Source: Octopus sinensis
Taxonomy: Eukaryota
NCBI RefSeq assembly: GCF_006345805.1
Contig: NC_043001.1
Span: 133,300,001 to 133,364,000 of the forward strand
Reading direction: 5' to 3'
Length of the DNA: 64,000 nt
Shown: in pieces, positions 26,424 to 39,290 of the stretch
Layout of the letters: each line of letters begins with the position of its first letter
Numbering within the stretch: the first letter of the stretch is position 1
Program-made: the position numbers and the translations under genes
The notes under the pieces: generated by a model
Seen by the model: only the letters and a program-made list of their open reading frames with translations
What the model was told of the DNA's origin: nothing
Databases searched by the model: none

Positions 26424-26693
26424 AATATATACTTGATCAGAATCCATGATTGCATTAACATGCTTCTTAATACAGTCTCTGATAAAATGCTTTATGGATA
26501 TACATTTGAAATATTTCACTATCTTTTCATCAGTGTTTGTGGGATTTGATCTATTACCATGATCAGATCGCCTATTAATTCTTCCGTTCTCTATAAAATT
26601 ACCTACATCCTCTCCATCAATTAGGCCTGTAGCAGTTTCCGTTCAATCTTCTCAACTGTGCAATACACTCACTTATTAAATTTCTTCAAATAC

Positions 26694-26926
26694 CTATTTC
26701 TTTACTACCCACAAGGAGCTAAACACAGAGAGGACAAACAAGGACAGACAAACGGATTAAGTCGATTATATCGACCCCAGTGCATAACTGGTACTTATTT
26801 AATCGACCCCGAAAGGATGAAAGGCAAAGTCGACCTCGGTGGAATTTGAACGTAGAACGTAACGGCAGACGAAATGCGGCTAGGCATTTCGCCTGGCGTG
26901 CTAACATTTCTGCCAGCTCGCCGCCT
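26694..26926 (-). mobile_element. SINE C
   Basis: Reverse complement of the 20001 copy. Confidence 0.9.
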
Positions 26927-27270
26927 TTGTTCAAATACCTTCTTGAAGTACCTTTATGCAATCATGAGATACATGCTTGCTTTTCAGTTTCCTCCAATAT
27001 GTTTATAGCATTAAGAATAAAGAATGCCTGAGCACTTTCTGATAAAGAAGTCTGAATTTTAATAAAATAGCATTAAAATTTATGCTCAGTCGTCTTCAGG
27101 AAGAATAAATCTTTTCAAATCCATGTATGCTTTTGTTTGTGTCATTCTCTAGATAAATTTTATGAAGCTTATGAGTAATAAATTATGAAGCTTTTATTAC
27201 TAATAGTAATAAATTATGAAGCTTATCAGTAATAAATTCCAGTGCCTTTACCATTAGTCACTGACTGTTA

Positions 27271-28259
27271 TCTATATATATAAAACTGTAGTTGTATGAG
27301 TGTCTGTCCCCTTCGATTTAGATTCCTAACTACTCCCACATTTTGCTGTGCAGTTTAACCAAATTCGGGTATCTTATAGTCGTGATTCATATCGAGCCCG
27401 TCTGGGTATTAGTGCGCGTCTACGATGAGTCTACGATTTAAAAAATAATTTAACATCCTTTTTTTATTCCATTTTAATGCATAATTTTTCGTGTGTCGAT
27501 GGCGGCGGAGTTGGCGTCCACGCTCACACCTGCACCTGTGGGGAAGGGAGTGTAAGGAAATCAACGTCGTAATGCGTTATCAAGGAGACCAGCGTTCTTT
27601 TAGAACAACGACTTCATGGCTTGAAGACACCAAAACAGAAATGGCTAAGAAAGCCCGAATTGGCATCTATAAGGGAAGTAACTCTCTAAAAATGCTTATA
27701 TAGTTATTTCCCTTACAAACCCGAGCAACGCCAGGCGATACTGCTAGTATATATATAAAACTGTAGTTGTGTGAGTGTCTGTCCCCTTCGATTTAGATTC
27801 CTAACTACTCCCACATTTTGCGGTGCAGTTTAACCAAATTCGGGTATCTTATAGTCATGATTCATATCGAGCCCGTCTGACTATTAGCGCGCGTCAACGA
27901 TGAGTCTACGATTTAAAAATAATTTAACATCATTTTTTATTTCATTTTAATGCATATTTTTTCGTGTGTCGATGGCGGCGGAGTTGGCGTCCACGCTCAC
28001 ACCTGCACCTGTTTGCTTCTCCCCCTTCTTCCCTCCCTCGTGAAGCTGTGGGGAAGGGAGTTTAAGGAAATCAACGTCGTAAAGCATTGTCAAGGAGACC
28101 AGCGTTCTTTTAGAACAACGACTTCATGGCTTGAAGACACCAAAATTACCATCATTTTTTATTCCATTTTTAATGCATTTTTTTGCTATTTTTTTGCTAT
28201 AACTCACTAAAAATGCTTATATAGTTACAAACCAGAGCAACGCCGGGCGATACTGCTAG
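27271..28259 (+). mobile_element. Head-to-tail dimer of non-autonomous Helitrons (27271-27747, 27748-28259)
   Basis: A|TC start, gagcaacgcc(a/g)ggcgatactgCTAG ends, final CTAG|T. Confidence 0.9.
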
Positions 28260-28653
28260 TGTTACATAAACATTCATATGTTAATACATATGATAAAAAT
28301 GGCTACTCTTTGTTTAGCTTTTTTTTGTTGGTTTTTTTGGGGGGAAATCCATAGTATCAAATATATTCAAGTTTCGTTTCTATTCCATATAAGCAATTGA
28401 CATTAGACAATACTGGATGTTGCCTTGTGAAATTCACCATTAAATTTAAATGTAAAACAACCAATCGTATCCTCATAGATTAAACAATATCTCAATAGCC
28501 ATTGTTTACATTCACAACCGCTTAACAACTGCTGAACGGCAGGCAGCTGGGGTAGGGGCAATAACTCATTGTATATAAATGGGAGGCAACTCAATATCAA
28601 TACATATGGTCTTATACAAATGGTAGAGGAAGGTTATAAAGAAGGCGGTTGAA

Positions 28654-28886
28654 GGGCGGCGAGCTGGCAGAAACGTTAACGCGCCGGGCGAAATGCTTCG
28701 CGGTATTTCGTCTGCCGTTACGTTCTGAGTTCAAATTCCGCCGAGGTCGACTTTGCCTTTCATCCTTTCGGGGTCGATAAATTAAGTACCAGTTACGCAC
28801 TGGGGTCGATGTAATCGACTTAATACCTATGTCTGTCCTTGTTTGTCCCCTCTATGTTTAGCCCCTTGTGGGTAGTAAAGAAATAT
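28654..28886 (+). mobile_element. SINE C
   Basis: As the 20001 copy. Confidence 0.9.
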
Positions 28887-29499
28887 ACAAAGAAGGTGGT
28901 TGAGTAATATAAAGAAATGGACAAAATCTATGATGATCTTTATTCAATCCCTTCAATTTTGTCCGAATTGATTTCGAATTTGGTGCATTGATGTAGTTAC
29001 AGGAAAATTAAAATTAGATTAGTTGAAATTAGATTATTGTGACTAATCTAATTTTAATTTTCCTGTAATAATCTCCTTGATATTTGTTATTCTAAGATTT
29101 CCTTTTCTTTCATATTCATACCAGCCCTACCCATGTATTTTCTTATCTCTTTCATTTCCTGGGTGATCACTGCTATTTCAACAGCTTTCTTAATGCATTA
29201 TTTTCTACTAATCTGAACATTTGGCTGGTCTACACAAATTATAAAACACACTGAATCTCATAACATCACATAACAGCAAACATTTACTGCTTTAAACATG
29301 TTCACTAGCAATGTGACAGTAGCACTATATAGTAATTTTTTCAGTAGCACTGTACGGCCAAACTGTAAAATCTGGCAAAAGACCAACCCACTCGCATAGC
29401 AACCTGCTAACAGACTGTTCCCTTCTTTCTACTTTTGTTGATATTTCATAGACTTGGAGAAGCTATAAGAGTCTTGGCAATAAGCAATGTTGGTAACAC

Positions 29500-30000
29500 C
29501 ACACCTTGAACTTTCCTGCCAAACTACAGTTGTCAATGACAGTTAAACCCTTATTTTAACATGACCTCAATATCAATACTCCTCTTGACATCATTTAGAA
29601 GTACTGCATAGACACAACCAAGGCTTTTTAATTGCCTGCTTCCTACTCATTGAAGTTTCTGATCCCACGTTATTGACACACTGCAACTATTCTTTGATTT
29701 TCGTGTGTAATCAGCATTGTCAGAATAGCACATGAGAGATTTTATTTCATCCCAATATGGTGTCAATGCCATCTTTAAAACCATACAATAGTGGTAGCCC
29801 TAGATGTCCTCTGATCGTCATTTTTTTTCAAACAACTTCTTGCACTTGTTAGTATGTGCTATCACAAAGAGGACTGAGAAATGGTGATCCCATTTCAATG
29901 CCTACTTCCAGTGCTTGCCAGTTGATTGTGAAGTGCTTAGTGGTAAACTATATGCTTATTGACCCATGGTATTGCATTACAAGGGGCCAAAATGCAAAAA
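29500..30000 (-). pseudogene. Highly decayed non-LTR RT fragment (possible)
   Basis: FTTKHFTINWQALEVGIEMG resembles RT domain 4 of RLE-type LINEs; many stops. Confidence 0.35.
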
Positions 30001-30454
30001 AAATATGCATCTAATGCTTTGTGTATCAGCACTTGAGAAAACTGATGTACACATGTGTGCATCAGTAATTTTCAAGCTAAGCCCTTGTGATATTTGTTCT
30101 GCACTTAGTTACAGACACACTCTTGTGACTCTTACTGTCAGGGATGCAATGAACCAGTGATTGATTTATTGGAAGTCTGTAACCAACATTGTTGTTCATT
30201 AATTGGGATATAAAATAAAGTAAAAACTAACTACACCCTTCTACCTTGTGTTAATGTTGTGGCAGACGCCCCCAGGTGAAAAGTGGGCTGGTTCACTACT
30301 AATAGATAGTGAACTGACACAGTTAGTAATGTCGATCAGTGAGGTACACTGTTCGGGCCAATCCCACAGGGACGACAAAATATGTCATCATAATGCGGGA
30401 CATAACAGTGGTGATGAGGATTCATAGCTCACACAGTCACAGGACATAATGGAA

Positions 30455-30980
30455 TGGAAGCACTCCGTCGGTTCTGACGACGAGGGTTCCGGTTGATCCG
30501 AATCAACAGAACAGCCTGCTCGTGAAATTAACGTGTAAGTGGCTGAGCACTCCACAGACACGTGTACCCTTAACGTAGTTCTCGGGGATATTCAGCGTGA
30601 CACAGAGAGTGACAAGGCCGGCCCTTTGAAATACAGGTACAACAGAAACAGGAAGTAAGAGTGAGAGAAAGTTGTGGTGAAAGGGTACAGCAGGGATCAC
30701 CACCATCCCCTACCGGAGCCGCGTGGAGCTTTAGGTGTTTTCGCTCAATAAACACTCACAACGCCCGGTCTGGGAATCGAAACCGCGATCCTACGACCGC
30801 GAGTCCGCTGCCGTAACCACTGGTATATGTATATATATATAAGTGTGTGTGTATATGTTTGTGTGTCTGTGTTTGTCCCCCCTTGACAACCGATGCTGGT
30901 GTGTTTACGTCCCCGTCACTTAGCGGTTCGGCAAAAGAGACCGATAGAATAAGTACTGGGCTTACAAAGAATAAGTGCTT
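30455..30980. mobile_element. SINE B (minus, 30455-30822) abutting SINE A 3' half (plus, 30825-30980)
   Basis: Family motifs; head of B truncated at the junction. Confidence 0.85.
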
Positions 30981-30984
30981 CCAT

Positions 30985-32140
30985 CCATAAAGAATGTTGA
31001 AAAAGAGATCGAGAAAGAGGTAGAAAAGGAGGTTGAGAAGGAGGTTATGGAGGAGGAGGAAGAGGAGATAGGAACAAGCATACTTGAAGAGTTTTTTAAC
31101 CAATGAAGTAGAACAGCAATGAGAAGAAACAGCGGCACTTACCGAAATGGAAGAAGTGGCACCAAGAGTGGAACATGGTAAACAAGCAAGAAGATGGAGA
31201 AAACATAGTTGGAATTTTGTGACAAATGCTAAAATTGTAAATACAGAAAAAATGGTAATGAAACTGAAATCCGTTATAAGGGTTTAGTTGCCCAAGGAGA
31301 TGTACAGGGATACTCAACAAAGAAAAATATAGCAAGTTGAAGGAAAAGTGTAATGTTGAACCACCGGGTTTCGTGGTGGAGTTTGATGAACTACCACCAG
31401 TAGTGGATGGAAGCACTCTGTCGGTTACGACGACGAGGGTTCCGGTTGATCCGAATCAACGGAACAGCCTGCTCGTGAAATTAACGTGTAAGTGGCTGAG
31501 CACTCCACAGACACGTGTACCCTTAACGTAGTTCTCAGGGATATTCAGCGTGACACAGAGAGTGACAAGGCCGGCCCCTTGAAATACAGGTACAACAGAA
31601 ACAGGAAGTAAGAGTGAGAGAAAGTTGTGGTGAAAGATTACAGCAGGGATCACCACCATCCCCTGCCGGAGCCTCGTGGAGCTTTAGGTGTTTTCGCTCA
31701 ATAAACACTCACAACACCCGGTCTGGGAATCGAAACCGCGATCCTACGACCGCGAGTCCGCTGCCCTAACCACTGGGCCATTGCGCCTCCACCCACCAGT
31801 AGTAGAACTAAGAGAAATAGAGCCATACATAAGGTCTTAAAAAAAGAGAGTAAATTGTTGTTTTTAAAAAAAAAGCAAAAAGAGAAAAAGAAAATAAGTA
31901 AACAAAACGATGCTAATAGTAAAAAAAACACCGAGAAAGAAAAAGATTATAAACTGAAAGTAAGATCGGTCAAATGGTTCTGCATGTGAGTGGAGCGCAT
32001 GCAGCCATTCCGACACCATCGATTTCATTGTACCTATTTCCATTTTTCATTCGTTTTATGGTTTTTGTCCCCACTGTGGAGTTCTGTCTGTCCTTGTGCT
32101 GCCCCTTCTGTGTCATGGCCTGGGTGACAAATAAAAAGAA
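30985..32140 (+). mobile_element. 3' part of an E/K-rich ORF-bearing retroposon with SINE C-like tail, interrupted by SINE B
   Basis: VEKEIEKEVEKEVEKEVMEEEEE reading; tail tgtctgtccttgtgctgccccttctgtgt..aataaaaagaa. Confidence 0.45.
31405..31792 (-). mobile_element. SINE B, full length
   Basis: 11-bp TSD ccaccagtagt at 31394-31404 and 31793-31803. Confidence 0.95.
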
Positions 32141-32261
32141 TTACAGTCGGCAAGGTATTCTGTTCGGGCCGGTTCCACAGAGATGACGAAATATATCATC
32201 ATAATGCGGGACATAACAGTTAATGTTTATAAATACATCAACATGATTATTACATAAGTAT

Positions 32262-32672
32262 AATGCCAGCTCCGCCCCGACTGGCTTCTGTGCCGGTGGC
32301 ACATAAAAAGCACCATCCGAACGTGGCCGATGCCAGCGCTGCCCCGACTGGCTTCTGTGCCGGTGGCACATAAAAAGCACCATCAGAACGTTGCCAGCAC
32401 CGCCTTGGCCGGCTTCCGTGCTGCTGGCACGTTAAAAGCTCCAACCGATCGTGGCCGATGCTGGACCCCCCCCTGGCACCTGTGCAGGTGGCACATAAAA
32501 AGCACCCACTACACTCGCGGAGTGATTGGCGTTAGGAAGGGCATCCAGCCATAGAAACTCTGCCAGATCAGACTGGAGCCTGGAGCAGCCCCTGGCTTCC
32601 CAGACCCCGGTCGAACCGTCCAACCCGTGCTAGCGTGGAAAACGGACTTTAAACGATGATGATGATGATGAT
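32262..32672 (+). mobile_element. Family D with four tandem gtgccggtggcac(g/a)taaaaagcacc modules
   Basis: Direct reading; (TGA)n tail. Confidence 0.9.
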
Positions 32673-33374
32673 GAATGATGGAAAATTTTCTATCATACAA
32701 GGGAAAGAGGAAAAAGAAATCTGCTGCAGAATGGGGCTACTAATACCAATTCTACTAATTATTATTAGAAATATAGTAGAAATAAGGGTTAGCAGTGTCC
32801 CTTGTCCTAGAGATACTGCGGATATATGGTGGAGCTAGGGATCATTGGTGTTTGTTACCCTAGAGATACTGGGATATGGTCACTTGTCCTACAGATTCTC
32901 TTTTCTCTCACACCAAACCTACAATGTCATAGAAATAAATAATCACATCATTGAAACCTTGAAGCTATGAGTCAATGCATGATTAATTCAAAACTATATG
33001 AATAAATAAGCATTACATTTGACAGAATAATCTGAACATTAAAGGATTAAGAGAATCTTAAGCAAGTGAGATCCATACAAAACATCTCCTTGGTTACGGG
33101 ACAGTGTGAAGGCAATTTTAGAATTGCTTTTGTTTTTCTTTTCTCATCAATTGTATGCTAAAATGTAAATGGCTGTTGTTCAGATTTCTGATGCATTAAT
33201 CCTATTTCTATTTTCTCTTTTTTAATGCCAGTTACCTTCATACAATACATTTTTTGTGAATGGTAGACTTCACAAGCAACCCTTAGTGACTGGGCCTTGG
33301 TTACCTTTAACAGGCTTCACTTTTGTTTCAAGTAAACATTTGGATCTAACCCATATTCTTTTTTTTTTAATTCT

Positions 33375-33795
33375 TTTATTCTTTTACTTGTTTCAGTCAT
33401 TTCACTGCGGCCATGCTGGAGCACTGCCTTTAGTCGAGCAAATCGACCCCGGGACTTATTCTTTGTAAGCCCAGTACTTATTCTATCGGTCTCTTTTGCC
33501 AAACCGCTAAGTTACGGGGACATAAACACACCAGCATCAGTTGTCAAGCAATGCTAGGGGGACAAACACAGACATACAAACACACACACACACAAACACA
33601 CACACACATATATATATATATATACGTATATACGACAGGCTTCTTTCAGTTTCCATCTACCTAATCCACTCACAAGGCATTGGTCGACCCAGGCTATAGC
33701 AAAAGACACTTGCCCAAGATGCCACGCAGTGGGACTGAACCCGGAACCATGTAGTTGGTTAGCAAGCTACTTACCACACAGCCACTCCTGCGCCT
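33375..33795 (-). mobile_element. SINE A, full length
   Basis: Family motifs. Confidence 0.9.
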
Positions 33796-34330
33796 TTTTC
33801 TTTTGTTTTTTTTTTCCTGCAGATGTTGAAACTAGGCAGCAATCTCATGCACACTGCCCATCTTCCTTGACTTATATATATATATATAAAAAAAAAAAAA
33901 TAATTAACCCGGCCAAAACCGGCTCTGGCTCTGTGGTAAAATGTCTTGTTTCCATAAGTTTTGAATTAGAATATTCCACCAAGCCTTAGTCACTAGTTAT
34001 GTTCCTAACACTAGTTTAATGATAACTAAGTTATTTTACTAAATTCTTTTTATATTTAGAATAATTGAAAAAAACCCAGAGCATCTCAAAATAAATGCAG
34101 TAACAAAAGGGTTAATCTTAAATGGTTTTCTATTCAACAATAGATGTAGTAATGTTTGAACTTAAACCCTTGCTTTCAGTGATTCTGTGTCTTAACCTCA
34201 TTACCTCTATACATAATGTATAACTGTATCTACAGTTAAATATTTCATTACTGTATCAATAATAGCAATACAGTTTATTACATGTAAAATCTGAAGTCAA
34301 AAATGTATTTCCATTTTCCATTTTTTACAG

Positions 34331-34372
34331 ATTCAACAAGTGGAAGTAACAGCTTTAAAATTATTCAAAATG
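34331..34372 (+). CDS. Host gene coding exon 2 (YSTSGSNSFKIIQN): end of signal peptide and start of Ig domain 1
   Basis: ttttttacag| acceptor, |gtaatt donor, 42 nt, phase 1-1; completes a plausible signal peptide MDIKFFCLLVILYSTSG. Confidence 0.7.
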
Positions 34373-34405
34373 GTAATTGTATTATTAAGCTTTTTCTTAT
34401 TTTAA

Positions 34406-34626
34406 CCCTTTAGTGTTCACATTATTCTGCCAAAATTAATACTTATTTATCCACATTGCTTTGAACTAATCATGCATTATCTTGTAGCTATGAGATTTTG
34501 ATGTGGTAGCTGTTAATTTTTAAAACGACATTGTAGGGTTGGTGTGAGAGACCAGATAGGGCTAGTTTGAACATAAAACAGGCAGAATACTTTTAGCCAG
34601 ATATGGCCGGTTTAAATGCTAAAGGG
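34406..34626. mobile_element. TTAA-flanked MITE (piggyBac-like)
   Basis: ttaa|ccctttagtgtt...aatgctaaaggg|ttaa; related fragment near 32930-33046. Confidence 0.65.
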
Positions 34627-34774
34627 TTAAATCAAGACACTAATCTTTTCAGTTCTGTTTTCTATTTTCTTTTTGTAGCTAATAGTCTTTAGTCAGTGAC
34701 ATATTTGTTTCTTATTTTTGTTTCTCTTTCTAATTGGCACAAAATGTAATAATGGTAACTGGGATTAGGATAAT

Positions 34775-35000
34775 CATCATCATCATCATCATCGTTTAAC
34801 GTCCGTTTTCCGCGCTAGCACGGGTTGGACGGTTCGACCGGGGTCTGGGAAGCCAGGGGCTGCACCAGGCTCCAGTCTGATCTGGTAGAGTTTCTACAGC
34901 TGGATGCCCTTCCTAACGCCAACCACTCCACGAATGTAGTGGGTGCTTTTTACGTGCCACCTGCACAGGTGCCAGGGGGGTCCGGCATCGTCCATGATCG
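34775..35000 (-). mobile_element. Family D
   Basis: (CAT)n-cgtttaacgtccg...ggatgcccttcctaacgccaacc. Confidence 0.9.
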
Positions 35001-35307
35001 GTTGAGTTGTAAAAATGATTGTAGTTAGGATATTGATTATAGTAGCACATACCATGACTTTGAAATGTTAAGCTGACAATAGTAAAGTGATTTCTAAGGA
35101 AGAAAACTGTTTACAATGAACACACATACACACACCTATGTTATACAGGCATGGCTGTGTGATAAATTCACTTTGCAAGCATGTTGTTTTAGGTTCAATT
35201 CCACTCAGTAGCACCTCAGGCAAGTGTTTTCTATTATTAGCTCCTGGTCAACCAATGCCTTGTAAGTGAATTTGGTGCATGGAAACTGTGTGTAAGTCTA
35301 TTATGTA

Positions 35308-35360
<53 letters not shown>

Positions 35361-35399
35361 TTGCAAGTGAAAGAAATGTATGGCGCATTTTTCTCTTTT

Positions 35400-35614
35400 T
35401 CTCTTTTTACTTGTTTCAGTCATTTGACTGCGGCCATGCTGGAGCACCGCCTTTAGTCGAGCAAATCAACCCCGGGACTTATTCTTTGTAAGTCCAGTAC
35501 TTATTCTATCGATCTCTTTTGCCGAACCGCTAAGTGACGGGGACGTAAACACACCAGCATCGGTTGTCAAGCAATGCCAGGGGGACAAACACAGACACAC
35601 AAACACACACACGC

Positions 35615-35655
<41 letters not shown>

Positions 35656-35821
35656 TACGACAGGCTTCTTTCAGTTTCCGTCTACCAAATCCACTCACAA
35701 GGCATTGGTCGGCCCGGGGCTATAGCAGAAGACACTTGCCCAAGATGCCACGCAGTGGGACTGAACCTGGAACCATGTGGTTGGTTAGCAAGCTACTTAC
35801 CACACAGCCACTCCTGCGCCT
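35400..35821 (-). mobile_element. SINE A, full length
   Basis: Family motifs. Confidence 0.9.
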
Positions 35822-36319
35822 ACCGCATGTGTACTAACAGTAATGAGATGTGGGTCCTGAATGCAGAGGACATGCAAAGACTAGGGAGGAATAAAGTTAG
35901 TATGCTCTGCTTGATGTGCAATGTGAGTGTACATACACAACAGAGAACTAGTATATTGAGAGAATATGATTTACACGTATCTTAGATTTTATTGTTCTTT
36001 TAAACTTTCAGCAGCAAATTAGACTTTTTTTTATGTCAAAAGTCTGTTTACATGTTGAAGTGATGACATTCTTCAACATACCACAATATTTTTCAACTGA
36101 TGTCGGATATTTGGTGGGAAATTTTTGTTCATTTCTACAATGGAATTCTAAGCTTTTCATCATGTTTATTGATGCTATTTTTTCATTTTTTAAATTTAAT
36201 TTCAATTTCAGTTTTACAGAGGATGAGACACTGATGAGTCAATCAGTCCCTCAGTTGTTAGCACCATCAGCAACTTTTAATTTTTTTTCTTTTCTCTTTT
36301 TTTTTTAAGGAGCATATCT

Positions 36320-36900
36320 TCATGATTTCAAGACCAGACAATAATGTAGATGATCAAAGACCAGTTTTTAGAACTCAGATGTTGCCAGAAATCGTGTAGG
36401 GATACTTGTGTTGAAAAAGAGTGTTAGTTATGACATGACTGTGTTTGGCACATTTCATTAGAAGAAGGTTGTCATTGAAGTTGACATTTCCAGCACTGTA
36501 TTTTCTGATCATTCCCTTCAAAAGATTCTATTCTCTCCTCTTTAAAAACCTCACTTCAAAATCGTCAAGATAATCTTGTCCTTCTTCAGAATGTTAGAAA
36601 TGATGAAGTCAACTGTTTATGGAACAAGGCTGACCTGAATAGAAAATCTCACTCCATATATTCATGATTCCTTAGGGGGACATTCTTTCTACAATGGTTC
36701 TTCTTATGTTGGAGTCATTCATTTCCATTAATGTCTGCTGTTTCAGGTTCTGAATTTAATGTTTATGTTTCAGCTTCAAGGTTGGTGAGTTCTTCTAGAT
36801 GTGGTAATCCAAAGTAGATACGCAAAATGGACTATGTTTAGGACACCTCTAGCCCCCTTCCAATGCAGGGCAAGGAGAATGGATCCTAAAAAAGTCTGCT
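36320..36900 (-). pseudogene. Decayed RTE APE-endonuclease fragment
   Basis: KDKIIL..GNVNFNDNLLLMKCAKHSHVITNTLF resembles the RTE endonuclease C-terminal half. Confidence 0.6.
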
Positions 36901-37124
36901 AAAGGACTCTCCTGCTTTGATGCAAGAGTTCAGCAATTGAATAAAACATCTACCATTCGTTTGTGGTTCTTAAACTATAAGCTTACAGATTCACTGTCCT
37001 TCATCTGTCACTTGAAGTTGATTGCAACAAGATTTATAAATACATGTTCAAGACTCTATTGGTGTTGGAAGATGCCTTTAATTGGTTTAATATGCGAGCA
37101 GTCTTTTATAGATCTTTAAAAAAG

Positions 37125-37447
37125 GAGCACTCCGTCGGTTACGATGACGAGGGTCCCAGCTGATACGATCAACAGAACAGCCTGCTTGTGAAATTAACGT
37201 GCAAGTGGCTGAGCACTCCACAGACACGTGTACCCTTAACGTAGTTCTCAGGGAGATTCAGGGTGACACACAGTGTGACAAGGCCGGCCCTTTGAAATAC
37301 AGGTACAACTCATTTTTGCCAGCTGAGTGGACTGGAGCAACATGAAATAAAGTGTCTTGCTCAAGGACACAACGCGCCACTTGGAATCGAACTCATGACC
37401 TTACAATCATGAGCCGAATGCCCTAACCACTAAGCCACGTGCCTTCA
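37125..37447 (-). mobile_element. SINE sharing the B tail but with a different head and core
   Basis: gtgtccttgagcaagacact..ctccagtccactcagctg core; tail identical in pattern to B. Confidence 0.85.
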
Positions 37448-37959
37448 CGGATCTTTAATAGTCTCTAATGGTAAGATGATTCAAGATGATTAGAATATAA
37501 AAATCTACTGGAGCCTTCTTCTGCCTTCTGAGGCATTGTGGGAGTTAATTTCACATCTTCTTTGTTACCCACCATTGATGATTTGGAATGATGTACTACA
37601 TTGAGTCTGGAACCTCACTTTACTGTCTCAATGTGACTCTGCTAGGATACCCTGAGAATCACAGGGACATCTCGACGGAGGTCAGATAAGGTCACATTAA
37701 TTTATCTTATCGTTTTTTTCACATTAGTTACTGTCATTATGTTCCATTACTTTATGCCTCATTGAATTATGTCTAATTAAGCTATGCCTCGTTAGTTTAA
37801 GCTGAAGCTCAATATGTTATGTGTCATTAAATATGTTTCTGTGGTTTGTCTAATTAGTGTTGCATCAGTTTAGGTTTCATTAATTCTTGTCTGATTGGGT
37901 TTTGTCATTAGATTAAGATTCATTAGTTTGTCTCTTTAACTTAAATATTATTACATCAT

Positions 37960-38510
37960 CGTCGTCATCGTCATCGTCCGTCCATCCATCTGTCCATCCG
38001 TTTTCCATGCTAGCATGAGTTGGACGGTTCGACCGGGGTCTGGGAAGCCAGGAGGCTGCACCAGGCTCCAGTCTGATCTGGCAGTGTTTCTACAGTTGGA
38101 TGCCCTTCCTAACGCCAACTCCTCCATGAGTGTAATGGGTGCTTTTTACATGCCACTGGCACAGGGGCCAGGGGAGGCTGGCAAACGGCCACAATCGGTT
38201 GGTGCTTTTTATGTGTCACCGACACGGACGCCAGTCAGGCCGCACTGGCATCAGCCACATTCGGACGGTGCTTTTTACATGTCACTGGCATGGGTAGCTT
38301 AACTACAATTTCCATTTGATTTTCATTTTCATGTTGGTGTTGATGTACTTGACTCAATAGGTCTCCTCAAGAACAGCGGGTCACTCTACGATCCAAGGTT
38401 AGCACAGCAGGTCGTCCTGCGAGCCATAAACTCACTTCGTTTCTCGGGTCTTCACAGTCACAGCATATCTCAGAGGTCTCAGTCATCGTCATTTCCTCTG
38501 TGAGGCCCTT
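37960..38510 (-). mobile_element. Family D with RTE ORF end
   Basis: GLTEEMT reading at ~38505 followed by D modules and (TGA)n. Confidence 0.75.
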
Positions 38511-38780
38511 GGATTATATTTTATTAGGTTATTCTCTATTAAGTCATATCTCATTAAGTTAGGTCTAATTCAATTAAGTCTCCTTAGTTTTAGTTTAATT
38601 TCTTTATGACTTATTTTGTCATTTTACATTTTGTGTAGTTAGCCTTCTCTTTAGTTTTGATTGTCTATTTCAAATCTAATCAGGAACCTAATTACATTTT
38701 GACTTTTAATTTCCATAATAAAAATAATAAAGCTAATAAAAAAAAACTTAAAATCAATATAGTTGATTTATTTATTTCAG

Positions 38781-39029
38781 AAACAGCTTGGTTAGGAGAA
38801 AGCCTTGTTCTTCAGACAGAAGAAATTCCAAATCTGAAAAGACCTGCAGTTTGGAAATACAATAATTATAAATATGAATGTGATAGGACATGCGCCACTG
38901 GGGCTTATACAGTTACTCAGGATGGTAATATTTCAACTCTTACAATCAAAAACGTATCTTGGGAATTCTCAAAGTGGTCTTTTAACGATGATGATTTACG
39001 AGTTGCACACCTTAAACTTGACATAAAAG
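38781..39029 (+). CDS. Host gene coding exon 3: Ig-like V/I-type domain lacking canonical B/F cysteines (ETAWLGESLVLQT..VWKY..STLTIKNVS..LDIK)
   Basis: tttatttcag| acceptor, |gtaagg donor, 249 nt open, phase 1-1; Ig motifs G-E-S-x-x-L, C-strand W, TLTIxNV. Confidence 0.85.
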
Positions 39030-39047
39030 GTAAGGAAAATATTTCTA

Positions 39048-39238
39048 TTCTTTTACTCTTTTACTTGTTTCAGTCATTGACTGTGGCCATGCTGGAGCAC
39101 CGCCTTTAGCAGAGCAAATCGACCCCAGGACTTATTCTTTGTAAGTCTTGTACTCATTCTATCAGTCTCTTTTGCCGAACCACTAAATTACGGGGACGTA
39201 AACACACCAGCATTGGTTGTCAAGCAATGTTGGGGGGA

Positions 39239-39290
<52 letters not shown>

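Noticed and set aside
32731-32800. MGLLIPILLIII as an alternative signal peptide
   Set aside because: No phase-1 donor to join exon 2; AT-rich DNA yields such peptides by chance
33232-33262. Candidate micro-exon (good acceptor; donors at 33256 or 33263)
   Set aside because: The 24-nt form keeps phase but is not needed, since exon 1-2 splicing already gives a good signal peptide; no independent support
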